Positions 12,261-27,900 of a stretch of DNA of 64,000 nt are shown here, one piece after another. Position numbers and translations under genes: made by a program. Positions within the stretch are counted from its first letter, which is position 1. Each line of letters begins with the position of its first letter. Source of the stretch: Octopus sinensis (lineage: Eukaryota); assembly GCF_006345805.1 (NCBI RefSeq), contig NC_043005.1, forward strand, positions 29,388,001-29,452,000, read 5' to 3'. The notes under the pieces are model-generated. The model was not told the DNA's origin. It made no database searches and was given only the letters and a program-made list of their open reading frames with translations.

Positions 12261-12968
12261 GGCACAGAACCACACGTTCAAGGAAAATGGTGTCTCGATA
12301 CTGGGGTACACAACTGTTACTTTATTCTATCGACACTATGAATGAAAGGCATAGTTGATTGGTGGGATTTGAAGTAAGTTCCAGAGGGCACAACACCGCT
12401 ATCCTCTCAGAAACAGTGGGCAGAGAAGATGGATGGACGACCGTTAAAACTCCGTTGATCATTTCTCAGTTTGAACAGAGCCGATCATGAATGAGTTAAG
12501 CAACAGTAACTTAGATAAGACACACAAACTAATTGCAGATATATTATTATGGACATAGAAAAAACCAAAACTCGTGGTTTGTAACTACAGCAAAATATCA
12601 ACGTCAGAGTAAATACAGAATGCTTGGAATAAGTATCTTTATTTTTCTATCGAATCTAACTTCCTCAACTTCTTTCATTTTCAAATTTTCAAATGTACCA
12701 GCGTTCCTGTTGATTATGCTTTCGTTTTGATCACTGGCTCCCAACCAACTCTTGTGACCCTACATCGACGTGTTCTAAATTCTTTTCTGTTTTTCCTTCC
12801 AGATATTCTACACTATTTCTTGTTACCCCTCTAACTCTGTGCCCTTAATATATATACATTCAGTCTTACAAGAAAATATACTGTCTCTGTGTGTCTCTGT
12901 CTCTCTCTGATGACGGCTCCATCTGGAAGTTTAGAACTTTTCTCTTCTTTCAGTTACGTCATATAATT

Positions 12969-15900
12969 TCATCTAGAATTAGATACCACGTATACTCATC
13001 ATTAATTTGATACCATGTATACTCAACTACATTCTGATACCAAGTATATTCATTTACAATCTCATACAAACTATACTCATCTATAATCTAATACCAAGTG
13101 TACTCATCTACAATCTGATACCAAGTATACTCATCTAGAAATAGATACCAAGGATACTCATCAATAATTTGATGCCATGTATACTCATCTACATTCTGAT
13201 ACCAAGTATACTCATCTACAATCTCATACAAACTATGCTCATCTATAATCTGATACCAAGTGTACTCATCTACAATCTGATACCAAGGACTCTCATCTAG
13301 AATTAGATACCAAGGATACTCATCAATAATTTGATACCATGTATACTCATCTACATTCTGATACCAAGTATACTCATCTAGAATTAGATACCAAGGATAC
13401 TCATCAATAATTTGATACCAAGTATACTCATCTAGAATTAGATACCAAGGATACTCATCAATAATTTGATACCATGTATACTCATCTACATTCTGATACC
13501 AAGTATACTCATCTAGGATTAGATACCAAGGATACTCATCAATAATTTGACACCATGTACACTCATCTACATTCTGATACCAAGTATGCTCATCTAGAAT
13601 TTGATGCCATGTAAACTCATCTACATTCTGATACCAAGTATACGCATCTAGAAATTAGATACAAAGTATACTCATCAATAATTTGATACCATGTATACTC
13701 ATCTACATTCTGATACCAAGTATACTCATCTAGAAATAGATACCAAGGATACTCATCAATAATTTGATACCATATATACTCATCTACATTCTGATACCAA
13801 GTATACTCATCTAGAAATAGATACCAAGGATACTCATCAATAATTTGATACCATGTATACTCATCTACAATCTCATACGAACTATACTCATCTATAATCT
13901 GATACCAAGTGTACTCATCTACAATCTGATACCAAGTACTCTCATCTAGAATTAGATACCAAGGATACTCATCAAAAATTTGATACCATGTATACTCATC
14001 TACATTCTGATACCAAGTATACTCATCTAGAATTAGATACCAAGGATACTCATCAATAATTTGATACCAAGTATACTCATCTAGAATTAGATACCAAGGA
14101 TACTCATCAATAATTTGATACCATGTATACTCATCTACATTCTGATACCAAGTATACTCATCTAGAATTAGATACCAAGGATACTCATCAATAATTTGAT
14201 ACCAAGTACACTCATCTACATTCTGATACCAAGTATGCTCATCTAGAATTTGATACCATGTATACTCATCTACATTCTGATACCAAGTATACGCATCTAG
14301 AAATTAGATACCAAGGATACTCATCAATAATTTGATACCATGTATACTCATCTACATTCTGATACCAAGTATACTCATCTAGAAATAGATACCAAGGATA
14401 CTCATCAATAATTTGATACCATGTATTCTCATCTACATTCTGATACCAAGTATACTCATCTAGAATTAGATACTAAGTATACTCATCAATAATTTGATAC
14501 CATGTATACTCATCTACATTCTGATACCAAGTATACCCATATACAATCTCATACCATCTATACTCATCAATAATTTGATACCATGTATACTCATCTACAT
14601 TCTGATACCAAGTATACTCATCTAGAAATAGATACCAAGGATACTCATCAATAATTTGATACCATGTATACTCATGTACATTCTGATACCAAGGATACTC
14701 ATCTAGAATTAGATACCAAGTATACTCATCAATAATTTGATACCATGTATACTCATCTACATTCTGATACCAAGTATACCATATACAATCTCATACCATC
14801 TATACTCATCAATAATTTGATACCATGTATACTCATCTACATTCTGATACCAAGTGTACTGATCTAGAATTAGATACAAGTATACACATCAAAAATCTGA
14901 TACCATGTATACTCATCTACATCTGATACCAAGTATACTCATCTAGAATTAGATACCAAGGATACTCATCAATAATTTGATACCATGTATACTCATCTAC
15001 ATTCTGATACCAAGTACACTCATCTAGAATTAGATAACAAGGATACTCATCAATAATTTGATACCATGTATACTCATCTACAATCGGATACCAAGTATAC
15101 TCATGAAGAATTAGATACCAAGTATACTCATCAATAATTTGATACCATGTATACTCATGTACATTCTGATACCAAGGATACTCATCTAGAATTAGATACC
15201 AAGTATACTCATCAATAATTTGATACCATGTATACTCATCTACATTCTGATACCAAGTATACCCATATACAATCTCATACCATCTATACTCATCAATAAT
15301 TTGATACCATGTATACTCATCTACATTCTGATACCAAGTGTACTGATCTAGAATTAGATACCAAGTATACACATCAAAAATCTGATACCATGTATACTCA
15401 TCTACAATCTGATACCAAGTATACTCATCTAGAATTAGATACCAGGATACTCATCAATAATTGATACCATGTATACTCATCTACATTCTGATACCAAGTA
15501 CACTCATCTAGAATTAGATAACAAGGATACTCATCAATAATTGATACCATGTATACTCATCTACAATCGGATACCAAGTATACTCATGAAGAATTAGATA
15601 CCAAGTATACTCATCAATAATTTGATACCATGTATACTCATGTACATTCTGATACCAAGGATACTCATCTAGAATTAGATACCAAGTATACTCATCAATA
15701 ATTTGATACCATGTATACTCATCTACATTCTGATACCAAGTATACCATATACAATCTCATACCATCTATACTCATCAATAATTTGATACCATGTATACTC
15801 ATCTACATTCTGATACCAAGTGTACTGATCTAGAATTAGATACCAAGTATACTCATCTACAATCTGATACCAACTATATTCATATACAATATGATACCAA

Positions 15901-18900
15901 GTATACTCATCTAGAATTAGATACCAAGGATACTCATCAATAATTTGATACCATGTATACTCATCTACATTCTGATACCAAGTACACTCATCTAGAATTA
16001 GATAACAAGGATACTCATCAATAATTTGATACCATGTATACTCATCTACAATCGGATACCAAGTATACTCATGAAGAATTAGATACCAAGTATACTCATC
16101 AATAATTTGATACCATGTATACACATCTACATTCTGATACCAAGTGTACTCATCTACAATCTCATACCAACTATACTCATCTACAATCTCATACCAAGTA
16201 TACTCATCTACAATCTTATACCAACTATACTCATCTATAATCTGATACCAAGTATACTCATCTACAATCTGATACCAACTATATTCATATACAATATGAT
16301 ACCAAGTATACTCATCTAGAATTAGATACAAGGTATACTCATCAACAATTTGATATCATGTATACTCATCTACATTCTGATACCAAGTATACTCATCTAC
16401 AATCTTATACCAACTATACACATCTATAATCTGATACCATGTATACTCATCTACATTCTGATACCAAGTATACTCATCTAGAATTAGATACCAAGTATAC
16501 TCATCAATAATTTGATACCATGTATACTCATCTACATTCTGATACCAAGTACATTCATCTAGAATTAGATACCAAGTATACTCATCATTAATTGATACCA
16601 TCTATACTCATCTACATTCTGATACCAAATATACTCATCTAGAATTGGATACCAAGATACTCATCATAATTTGATACCATGTATACTCATCTATATTATG
16701 ATACCATGTATACTCATCTAGAATTAGATACCAAGGATACGCTTCAATAATTGATACCATGTATACTCATCTACATTCTGTCACCAAGTATACTCATCTA
16801 CAATTAGATACCAAGGATACTCATCAATAATTTGATACCATGTATACTCATCTACATTCTGATACCATGTATACTCATCTAGAATTAGATACAAAGGATA
16901 CTCATGAATAATTTGATACCATGTATACTCATCTACATTCTGATACCAAGTGTACTCATCTAGAATTAGATACCAAGGATACACATCAATAATTTGATAC
17001 CATGTATACTCATCTACATTCTGATACCAAGTATACTCATCTAGAATTAGATAGAAAGGATACTCATCAATAATTTGATACCATGTATACTCATCTACAT
17101 TCTGATACCAAGTATACTCATCTAGAATTAGATACCAAGGATACTCATCAATAATTTGATACCATGTATACTCATCTACATTCTGATACCAAGTATACTC
17201 ATCTAGAATTAGATAGAAAGGATACTCATCAATAATTTGATACCATGTATACTCATCTACATTCTGATACCAAGTATACTCATCTAGAATTAGATACCAA
17301 GTATACTCACCAATAATTTGATACCATGTATACTCATGTACATTCTGATACAAAGTATACTCATCTAGAAATAGATACCACGTATACTCAATAATTTGAT
17401 ACCAAGTATACTCATCTACATTCTGATACCAAGTATACTCATCTACAATCTCAAACGAACTATACTCATGTATAATCTGATACCAAGTATACTCATCTAG
17501 AATTTGATACCACGTATACTCATCATTAATTTGATACCATGTATACTCATTTACATTCTGATACCGAGTATACTCATGTACTATCTCATACCAACTATAC
17601 TCATCTACAATCTGATACCAAGTATACTCATCTACATTCTGATACCAAGTATACTCATCTAGAATTAGATACCAAGTATACTCATCAATAATTTTATACC
17701 ATGTATACTCATCTACATTCTGATACCAAGTATACTCATCTAGAATTAGATACCAAGGATACTCATCAATAATTTGATACCATGTATACTCATCTACATT
17801 CTGATACCAAGTGTACTCATCTACAATCTCATACCAACTATACTCATCTACAATCTGATACCAAGTATACTCATCTACAATCTTATACCAACTATACTCA
17901 TCTATAATCTGATACCAAGTATACCCATCTACAATCTGATACCAACTATACTCATCTACAATCTGATACAAATTATACTCATCTATAATTAGTTACCAAG
18001 GATACTCATCAATAATTTGATACCATGTATACTCATCTACATTCTGATACCAAGTATACTCATCTGCAATCTCATACCATCTATACTCATCTACAATCTG
18101 ATACCAAGTATACTCATCTAGAATTAGATACCAAGGATACTCATCAATAATTTGATACCAAGTATACTCATCTAGAATTAGATACCAAGGATACTCATCA
18201 ATAATTTGATACCATGTATACTCATCTACATTCTGATACCAAGTATACTCATCTAGAATTAGATACCAAGGATACTCATCAATAATTTGATACCAAGTAC
18301 ACTCATCTACATTCTGATACCAAGTATGCTCATCTAGAATTTGATACCATTTATACTCATCTACATTCTGATACCAAGTATACGCATCTAGAAATTAGAT
18401 ACCAAGGATACTCATCAATAATTTGATACCATGTATACTCATCTACATTCTGATACCAAGTATACTCATCTAGAAATAGATACCAAGGATACTCATCAAT
18501 AATTTGATACCATGTATTCTCATCTACATTCTGATACCAAGTATACTCATCTAGAATTAGATACTAAGTATACTCATCAATAATTTGATACCATGTATAC
18601 TCATCTACATTCTGATACCAAGTATACCCATATACAATCTCATACCATCTATACTCATCAATAATTGATACCATGTATACTCATCTACATTCTGATACCA
18701 AGTATACTCATCTAGAAATAGATACCAAGGATACTCATCAATAATTTGATACCATGTATACTCATGTACATTCTGATACCAAGTATACTCATCTAGAATT
18801 AGATACCAAGTATACTCATCAATAATTTGATACCATGTATACTCATCTACATTCTGATACCAAGTATACCCATATACAATCTCATACCATCTATACTCAT

Positions 18901-21900
18901 CAATAATTTGATACCATGTATACTCATCTACATTCTGATACCAAGTGTACTGATCTAGAATTAGATACCAAGTATACACATCAAAAATCTGATACCATGT
19001 ATACTCATCTACAATCTGATACCAAGTATACTCATCTAGAATTAGATACCAAGGATACTCATCAATAATTTGATACCATGTATACTCATCTACATTCTGA
19101 TACCAAGTACACTCATCTAGAATTAGATAACAAGGATACTCATCAATAATTTGATACCATGTATACTCATCTACAATCGGATACCAAGTATACTCATGAA
19201 GAATTAGATACCAAGTATACTCATCAATAATTTGATACCATGTATACACATCTACATTCTGATACCAAGTGTACTCATCTACAATCTCATACCAACTATA
19301 CTCATCTACAATCTGATACCAAGTACTCATCTACAATCTTATACCAACTATACTCATCTATAATCTGATACCAAGTATACTCATCTACAATCTGATACCA
19401 ACTATATTCATATACAATATGATACCAAGTATACTCATCTAGAATTAGATACCAGTATACTCATCAACAATTTGATATCATGTATACTCATCTACATTCT
19501 GATACCAAGTATACTCATCTACAATCTTATACCAACTATACACATCTATAATCTGATACCATGTATACTCATCTACATTCTGATACCAAGTATACTCATC
19601 TAGAATTAGATACCAAGTATACTCATCAATAATTTGATACCATGTATACTCATCTACATTCTGATACCAAGTACATTCATCTAGAATTAGATACCAAGTA
19701 TACTCATCATTAATTTGATACCATCTATACTCATCTACATTCTGATACCAAATATACTCATCTAGAATTGGATACCAAAGATACTCATCAATAATTTGAT
19801 ACCATGTATACTCATCTATATTATGATACCATGTATACTCATCTAGAATTAGATACCAAGGATACGCTTCAATAATTTGATACCATGTATACTCATCTAC
19901 ATTCTGTCACCAAGTATACTCATCTACAATTAGATACCAAGGATACTCATCATAATTTGATACCATGTATACTCATCTACATTCTGATACCAAGTACACT
20001 CATCTAGAATTAGATAACAAGGATACTCATCAATAATTTGATACCATGTATACTCATCTACAATCGGATACCAAGTATACTCATGAAGAATTAGATACCA
20101 AGTATACTCATCAATAATTTGATACCATGTATACACATCTACATTCTGATACCAAGTGTACTCATCTACAATCTCATACCAACTATACTCATCTACAATC
20201 TCATACCAAGTATACTCATCTACAATCTTATACCAACTCTACTCATCTATAATTGATACCAAGTATACTCATCTACAATTGATACCAACTATATTCATAT
20301 ACAATATGATACCAAGTATAACATCTAGAATTAGATACAAGGTATACTCATCAACAATTTGATATCATGTATACTCATCTACATTCTGATACCAAGTATA
20401 CTCATCTACAATCTTATACCAACTATACACATCTATAATCTGATACCATGTATACTCATCTACATTCTGATACCAAGTATACTCATCTAGAATTAGATAC
20501 CAAGTATACTCATCAATAATTTGATACCATGTATACTCATCTACATTCTGATACCAAGTACATTCATCTAGAATTAGATACCAAGTATACTCATCATTAA
20601 TTTGATACCATCTATACTCATCTACATTCTGATACCAAATATACTCATCTAGAATTGGATACCAAAGATACTCATCAATAATTTGATACCATGTATACTC
20701 ATCTATATTATGATACCATGTATACTCATCTAGAATTAGATACCAAGGATACGCTTCAATAATTTGATACCATGTATACTCATCTACATTCTGTCACCAA
20801 GTATACTCATCTACAATTAGATACCAAGGATACTCATCAATAATTTGATACCATGTATACTCATCTACATTCTGATACCATGTATACTCATCTAGAATTA
20901 GATACAAAGGATACTCATGAATAATTTGATACCATGTATACTCATCTACATTCTGATACCAAGTGTACTCATCTAGAATTAGATACCAAGGATAAACATC
21001 AATATTTGATACCATGTATACTCATCTACATTCTGATACCAAGTATACTCATCTAGAATTAGATAGAAAGGATACTCATCACAATAATTTGATACCATGT
21101 ATAACATCTACATTCTGATACCAAGTATACTCATCTAGAATTAGATACCAAGGATACTCATCAATAATTTGATACCATGTATACTCATCTACATTCTGAT
21201 ACCAAGTATACTCATCTAGAATTAGATAGAAAGGATACTCATCAATAATTGATACCATGTATACTCATCTACATTTGATACCAAGTATACTCATCTAGAA
21301 TTAGATACCAAGTATACTCACCAATAATTGATACCATGTATACTCATGTACATTCTGATACAAAGTATACTCATCTAGAAATAGATACCACGTATACTCA
21401 ATAATTTGATACCAAGTATACTCATCTACATTCTGATACCAAGTATACTCATCTACAATCTCAAACGAACTATACTCATGTATAATCTGATACCAAGTAT
21501 ACTCATCTAGAATTTGATACCACGTATACTCATCATTAATTTGATACCATGTATACTCATTACATTCTGATACCGAGTATACTCATGTACTATCTCATAC
21601 CAACTAACTCATCTACAATCTGATACCAGTATACTCATCTACATTCTGATACCAAGTATACTCATCTAGAATTAGATACCAAGTATACTCATCATTAATT
21701 TGATACCATGTATACTCATCTACATTCTGATACCAAGTATACTCATCTAGAATTAGATACCAAGGATACTCATCAATAATTTGATACCATGTATACTCAT
21801 CTACATTCTGATACCAAGTGTACTCATCTACAATCTCATACCAACTATACTCATCTACAATCTGATACCAAGTATACTCATCTACAATCTTATACCAACT

Positions 21901-24900
21901 ATACTCATCTACAATATGATACCAAGTATACCCATCTACAATCTGATACCAACTATACTCATCTACAATCTGATACAAATTATACTCATCTATAATTAGT
22001 TACCAAGGATACTCATCAATAATTTGATACCATGTATACTCATCTACATTCTGATACCAAGTATACTCATCTGCAATCTCATACCATCTATACTCATCTA
22101 CAATCTGATACCAAGTATACTCATCTAGAATTTGATACAACGTATACTCATCATAATTTGATACCATGTATACTCATCTACATTCTGATACCAAGTATAC
22201 TCATCTAGAATCTGACACCAAGTATACTCATCTAGAATTAGATCCCACGTATACTCATCAATAATTTGATACCATGTATACTCATCTACATTCTGATACC
22301 ACGTATACTCATCTACAATCTCATACAAACTATACTCTTCTATAATCTGATACCAAGTATACTCATCTACAATCTCATACCAACTATACTCATCTAGAAT
22401 CTGATACCAAGTATACTAATCTAGAATTTGATACCACGTATACTCATCATTATTTGATACCATGTATACTCATCTACATTCTGATACCAAGTATACTCAT
22501 CTACAATCTATACCAACTATACTCGTCTACAATCTAATACCATGTATATTCATCTACAATCTGACACCAAGTATACTCATCTAGAATTAGATACCAAGTA
22601 TACTCATCAATAATTTGATACCACGTATACTCATCTACATTCTGATATCAAGTATACTCATCTACAATCTCATACCAACTATACTCATCTATAATTGATA
22701 CCAAGTATACTCATCTACAATATGATACCAAGTATACTCATCTAGAATTTGATACCAAGTATACTCATCAATAATTTGATACCACGTATACTCATCTACA
22801 TTCTGATATCAAGTATACTCATCTACATTCTGATACCAAGTATACTCATCTACAATCTGATACCAACTATACTCATCTACAATCTAATACCAAGTATACT
22901 CATCTACAATTGACACCAAGTATACTCATCTAGAATTAGATACCAAGTATACTCATCAATAATTTGATACCACGTATACTCATCTACATTCTGATATCAA
23001 GTATACTCATCTACAATCTCATACCAACTATACTCATCTATAATTGATACCAAGTATACTCATCTACAATATGATACCAAGTATACTCATCTAGAATTTG
23101 ATACAAAGTATACTCATCATTAATTTGATACCATGTATACTCATCTACATTCTGATACCAAGTATACTCATCTACATTCTGATACCAAGTATACTCATCT
23201 ACAATCTTATACCAACTATACTCGTCTACAATCTAATACCAAGTATACTCATCTACAATCTGACACCAAGTATACTCATCTAGAATTAGATACCAAGTAT
23301 ACTCATCAATAATTTGGTACCATGTATACTCATCTACATTCTGATATGAAGTATACTCATCTTCAATCTCATACGAACTATACTCATCTACAATCTGATA
23401 CCAAGTATACTCATCTACAATCTGATACCAAGGATACTCATTTAGAATTAGATACCAAGTATACTCATCAATAATTTGATACCATGTATATTCTTCTACA
23501 TTCTGATAATAAGTATACTCATCTACAATCTCATATCAACTATACTCATCTACAATCTGATACAAAGTATACTCATCTAGAATTAGATATCACGTATACA
23601 TATCAATAATTTGATACTACGTATACTCGTCTACATTCTGATACCAAGTATACTCAGCTACAATCTCATAAAAACTATACTCATCTAGAATTGATACCAG
23701 TATACTCATCTACAATCAGATACCATGTATACTCATCTAGAATTTGATACCACGTATACTCATCATTAATTTGATACCATGTATACTCATCTACATTCTG
23801 ATACCAAGTATACTCATCTACAATCTCATGCCAACTATGCTCATCTAGAATTTAATACTAAGTATACTCATCTACAATCTGATACCAAGTATACTCATCT
23901 AGATTTTGATACCACGTATACTCATCATTAATTGATACCATGTATACTCATCTACATTCTGATACCAAGTAAACTCATCTATAATCTCATACCAACTATA
24001 TTCATCTAGAATCTGATACCAAGTATTCTCATCTACAATCTCATACCAACTATACTCATCTATAATCTGATACTAAGTATACTCATCTACAATCTGATAC
24101 TAAGTATACTCATCTAGAATTAGATACCAAGTATACTCATCAATAATTTGATACCATGTATACTCATCTATATTCTGATACCAAGTATACTCATCTACAA
24201 TCTCATACCAACTATACTCATCTATAATCTGATACCAAGTATACTCATCTACAATCTGATACCGCGTATACTCATCTAGAATTTGATACCGCGTATACTC
24301 ATCATTAATTTGATACCATGTATACTCATCTACATTCTGATACAAAGTATACTCATCTAGAAATAGATACCACGTATACTCAATAATTTGATACCAAGTA
24401 TACTCATCTACATTCTGATACCAAGTATACTCATCTACAATCTCAAACGAACTATACTCATGTATAATCTGATACCAAGTATACTCATCTAGAATTTGAT
24501 ACCACGTATACTCATCATTAATTTGATACCATGTATACTCATTTACATTCTGATACCGAGTATACTCATGTACTATCTCATACCAACTATACTCATCTAC
24601 AATCTGATACCAAGTATACTCATCTACATTCTGATACCAAGTATACTCATCTAGAATTAGATACCAAGTATACTCATCAATAATTTTATACCATGTATAC
24701 TCATCTACATTCTGATACCAAGTATACTCATCTAGAATTAGATACCAAGGATACTCATCAATAATTTGATACCATGTATACTCATCTACATTCTGATACC
24801 AAGTGTACTCATCTACAATCTCATACCAACTATACTCATCTACAATCTGATACCAAGTATACTCATCTACAATCTTATACCAACTATACTCATCTATAAT

Positions 24901-27900
24901 CTGATACCAAGTATACCCATCTACAATCTGATACCAACTATACTCATCTACAATCTGATACAAATTATACTCATCTATAATTAGTTACCAAGGATACTCA
25001 TCAATAATTTGATACCATGTATACTCATCTACATTCTGATACCAAGTATACTCATCTGCAATCTCATACCATCTATACTCATCTACAATCTGATACCAAG
25101 TATACTCATCTAGAATTTGATACAACGTATACTCATCATTAATTTGATACCATGTATACTCATTTACATTCTGATACCAAGTATACTCATCTAGAATCTG
25201 ACACCAAGTATACTCATCTAGAATTAGATCCCACGTATACTCATCAATAATTTGATACCATGTATACTCATCTACATTCTGATACCACGTATACTCATCT
25301 ACAATCTCATACAAACTATACTCTTCTATAATCTGATACCAAGTATACTCATCTACAATCTCATACCAACTATACTCATCTAGAATCTGATACCAAGTAT
25401 ACTAATCTAGAATTTGATACCACGTATACCCATCATTAATTTGATACCATGTATACTCATCTACATTCTGATACCAAGTATACTCATCTACAATCTTATA
25501 CCAACTATACTCGTCTACAATCTAATACCATGTATATTCATCTACAATCTGACACCAAGTATACTCATCTAGAATTAGATACCAAGTATACTCATCAATA
25601 ATTTGATACCACGTATACTCATCTACATTCTGATATCAAGTATACTCATCTACAATCTCATACCAACTATACTCATCTATAATTTGATACCAAGTATACT
25701 CATCTACAATATGATACCAAGTATACTCATCTAGAATTTGATACAAAGTATACTCATCATTAATTTGATACCATGTATACTCATCTACATTCTGATACCA
25801 AGTATACTCATCTACATTCTGATACCAAGTATACTCATCTACAATCTTATACCAACTATACTCGTCTACAATCTAATACCAAGTATACTCATCTACAATC
25901 TGACACCAAGTATACTCATCTAGAATTAGATACCAAGTATACTCATCAATAATTTGGTACCATGTATACTCATCTACATTCTGATATGAAGTATACTCAT
26001 CTTCAATCTCATACGAACTATACTCATCTACAATCTGATACCAAGTATACTCATCTACAATCTGATACCAAGGATACTCATTTAGAATTAGATACCAAGT
26101 ATACTCATCAATAATTGATACCATGTATATTCTTCTACATTCTGATAATAAGTATACTCATCTACAATCTCATATCAACTATACTCATCTACAATCTGAT
26201 ACAAAGTATACTCATCTAGAATTAGATATCACGTATACATATCAATAATTTGATACTACGTATACTCGTCTACATTCTGATACCAAGTATACTCAGCTAC
26301 AATCTCATAAAAACTATACTCATCTAGAATCTGATACCAAGTATACTCATCTACAATCAGATACCATGTATACTCATCTAGAATTTGATACCACGTATAC
26401 TCATCATTAATTTGATACCATGTATACTCATCTACATTCTGATACCAAGTATACTCATCTACAATCTCATGCCAACTATGCTCATCTAGAATTTAATACT
26501 AAGTATACTCATCTACAATCTGATACCAAGTATACTCATCTAGATTTTGATACCACGTATACTCATCATTAATTTGATACCATGTATACTCATCTACATT
26601 CTGATACCAAGTAAACTCATCTATAATCTCATACCAACTATATTCATCTAGAATCTGATACCAAGTATTCTCATCTACAATCTCATACCAACTATACTCA
26701 TCTATAATCTGATACTAAGTATACTCATCTACAATCTGATACTAAGTATACTCATCTAGAATTAGATACCAAGTATACTCATCAATAATTTGATACCATG
26801 TATACTCATCTATATTCTGATACCAAGTATACTCATCTACAATCTCATACCAACTATACTCATCTATAATCTGATACCAAGTATACTCATCTACAATCTG
26901 ATACCGCGTATACTCATCTAGAATTTGATACCGCGTATACTCATCATTAATTTGATACCATGTATACTCATCTACATTCTGATACCAAGTATACTCATCT
27001 ATAATCTCATACAACTATACTCATCTAGAATGTGATACCAAGTATACTCATCTACAATCTTATACCAACTATACTCATCTATAATCTGATACCAAGTATA
27101 CTCATATACAATCTGATACCAAGTATACTCATCTAGAATTAGATACAAAGTATACTCATCAATAATTTGATACCATGTATACTCATCTACATTGTGATAC
27201 CAAGTGTACTCATCTACAATCTCATACCAACTATACTCATCTAGATCTGATACCAACTATACTCATCTACAATGTGATACCAAGTATACTCATCTAGAAT
27301 TAGATACCAAGTATACTTATCAATAATTTGATACCATGTATACTCATCTACATTCTGATACCAAGTATACTTATCTACAATCTAATACCACGTATACTCA
27401 TCATTAATTTGATACCATGTATACTCATCTACATTCTGATACCAAGTATACTCATCTACAATCTCATACCAACTATACTCATCTATAATCTGATACCAAG
27501 TATTCTCATCTAGAAACTGATACCAAGTATACTCATCTAGAATCTGATACCAAGTATACTCATCTAGAATTTGATACCAAGTATACTCATCAATAATTTG
27601 ATACCATGTATACTCATCTACATTCTGATACCATGTATACTCATCTACAATCTCATACCAACTATACTCATCTAGAATCTGATACCAAGTATCCTCATCT
27701 ACAATCTGATACCAAGTATACTCATCTAGAATTTGAAACCAAGTATACTCATCAATAATTTAATACCATGTATACTCATCTACATTCTGATACCAAGTAT
27801 ACTCATCTACAATCTCATACCCACTATACTCATCTATAATCTGATACCAAGTATACTCATCTAGAAACTGATACCAAGTATACTCATCTAGAATCTGATA

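Noticed and set aside
12931-12953. Strong-looking splice acceptor TTTTCTCTTCTTTCAG just before the array
   Set aside because: All three plus frames hit a stop within about 20 codons.
16781-17971. Reflectin or C2H2 zinc-finger gene
   Set aside because: No Met/Asp reflectin motif and no Cys2/His2 spacing or 84-bp period; the Tyr/Trp richness comes from the 27-bp unit.
17774-17992. Plus-strand ORFs in the array (IPSILIYNL and DTKYTHLQS frames)
   Set aside because: Short and closed repeatedly by TAA/TAG/TGA built into common unit types.
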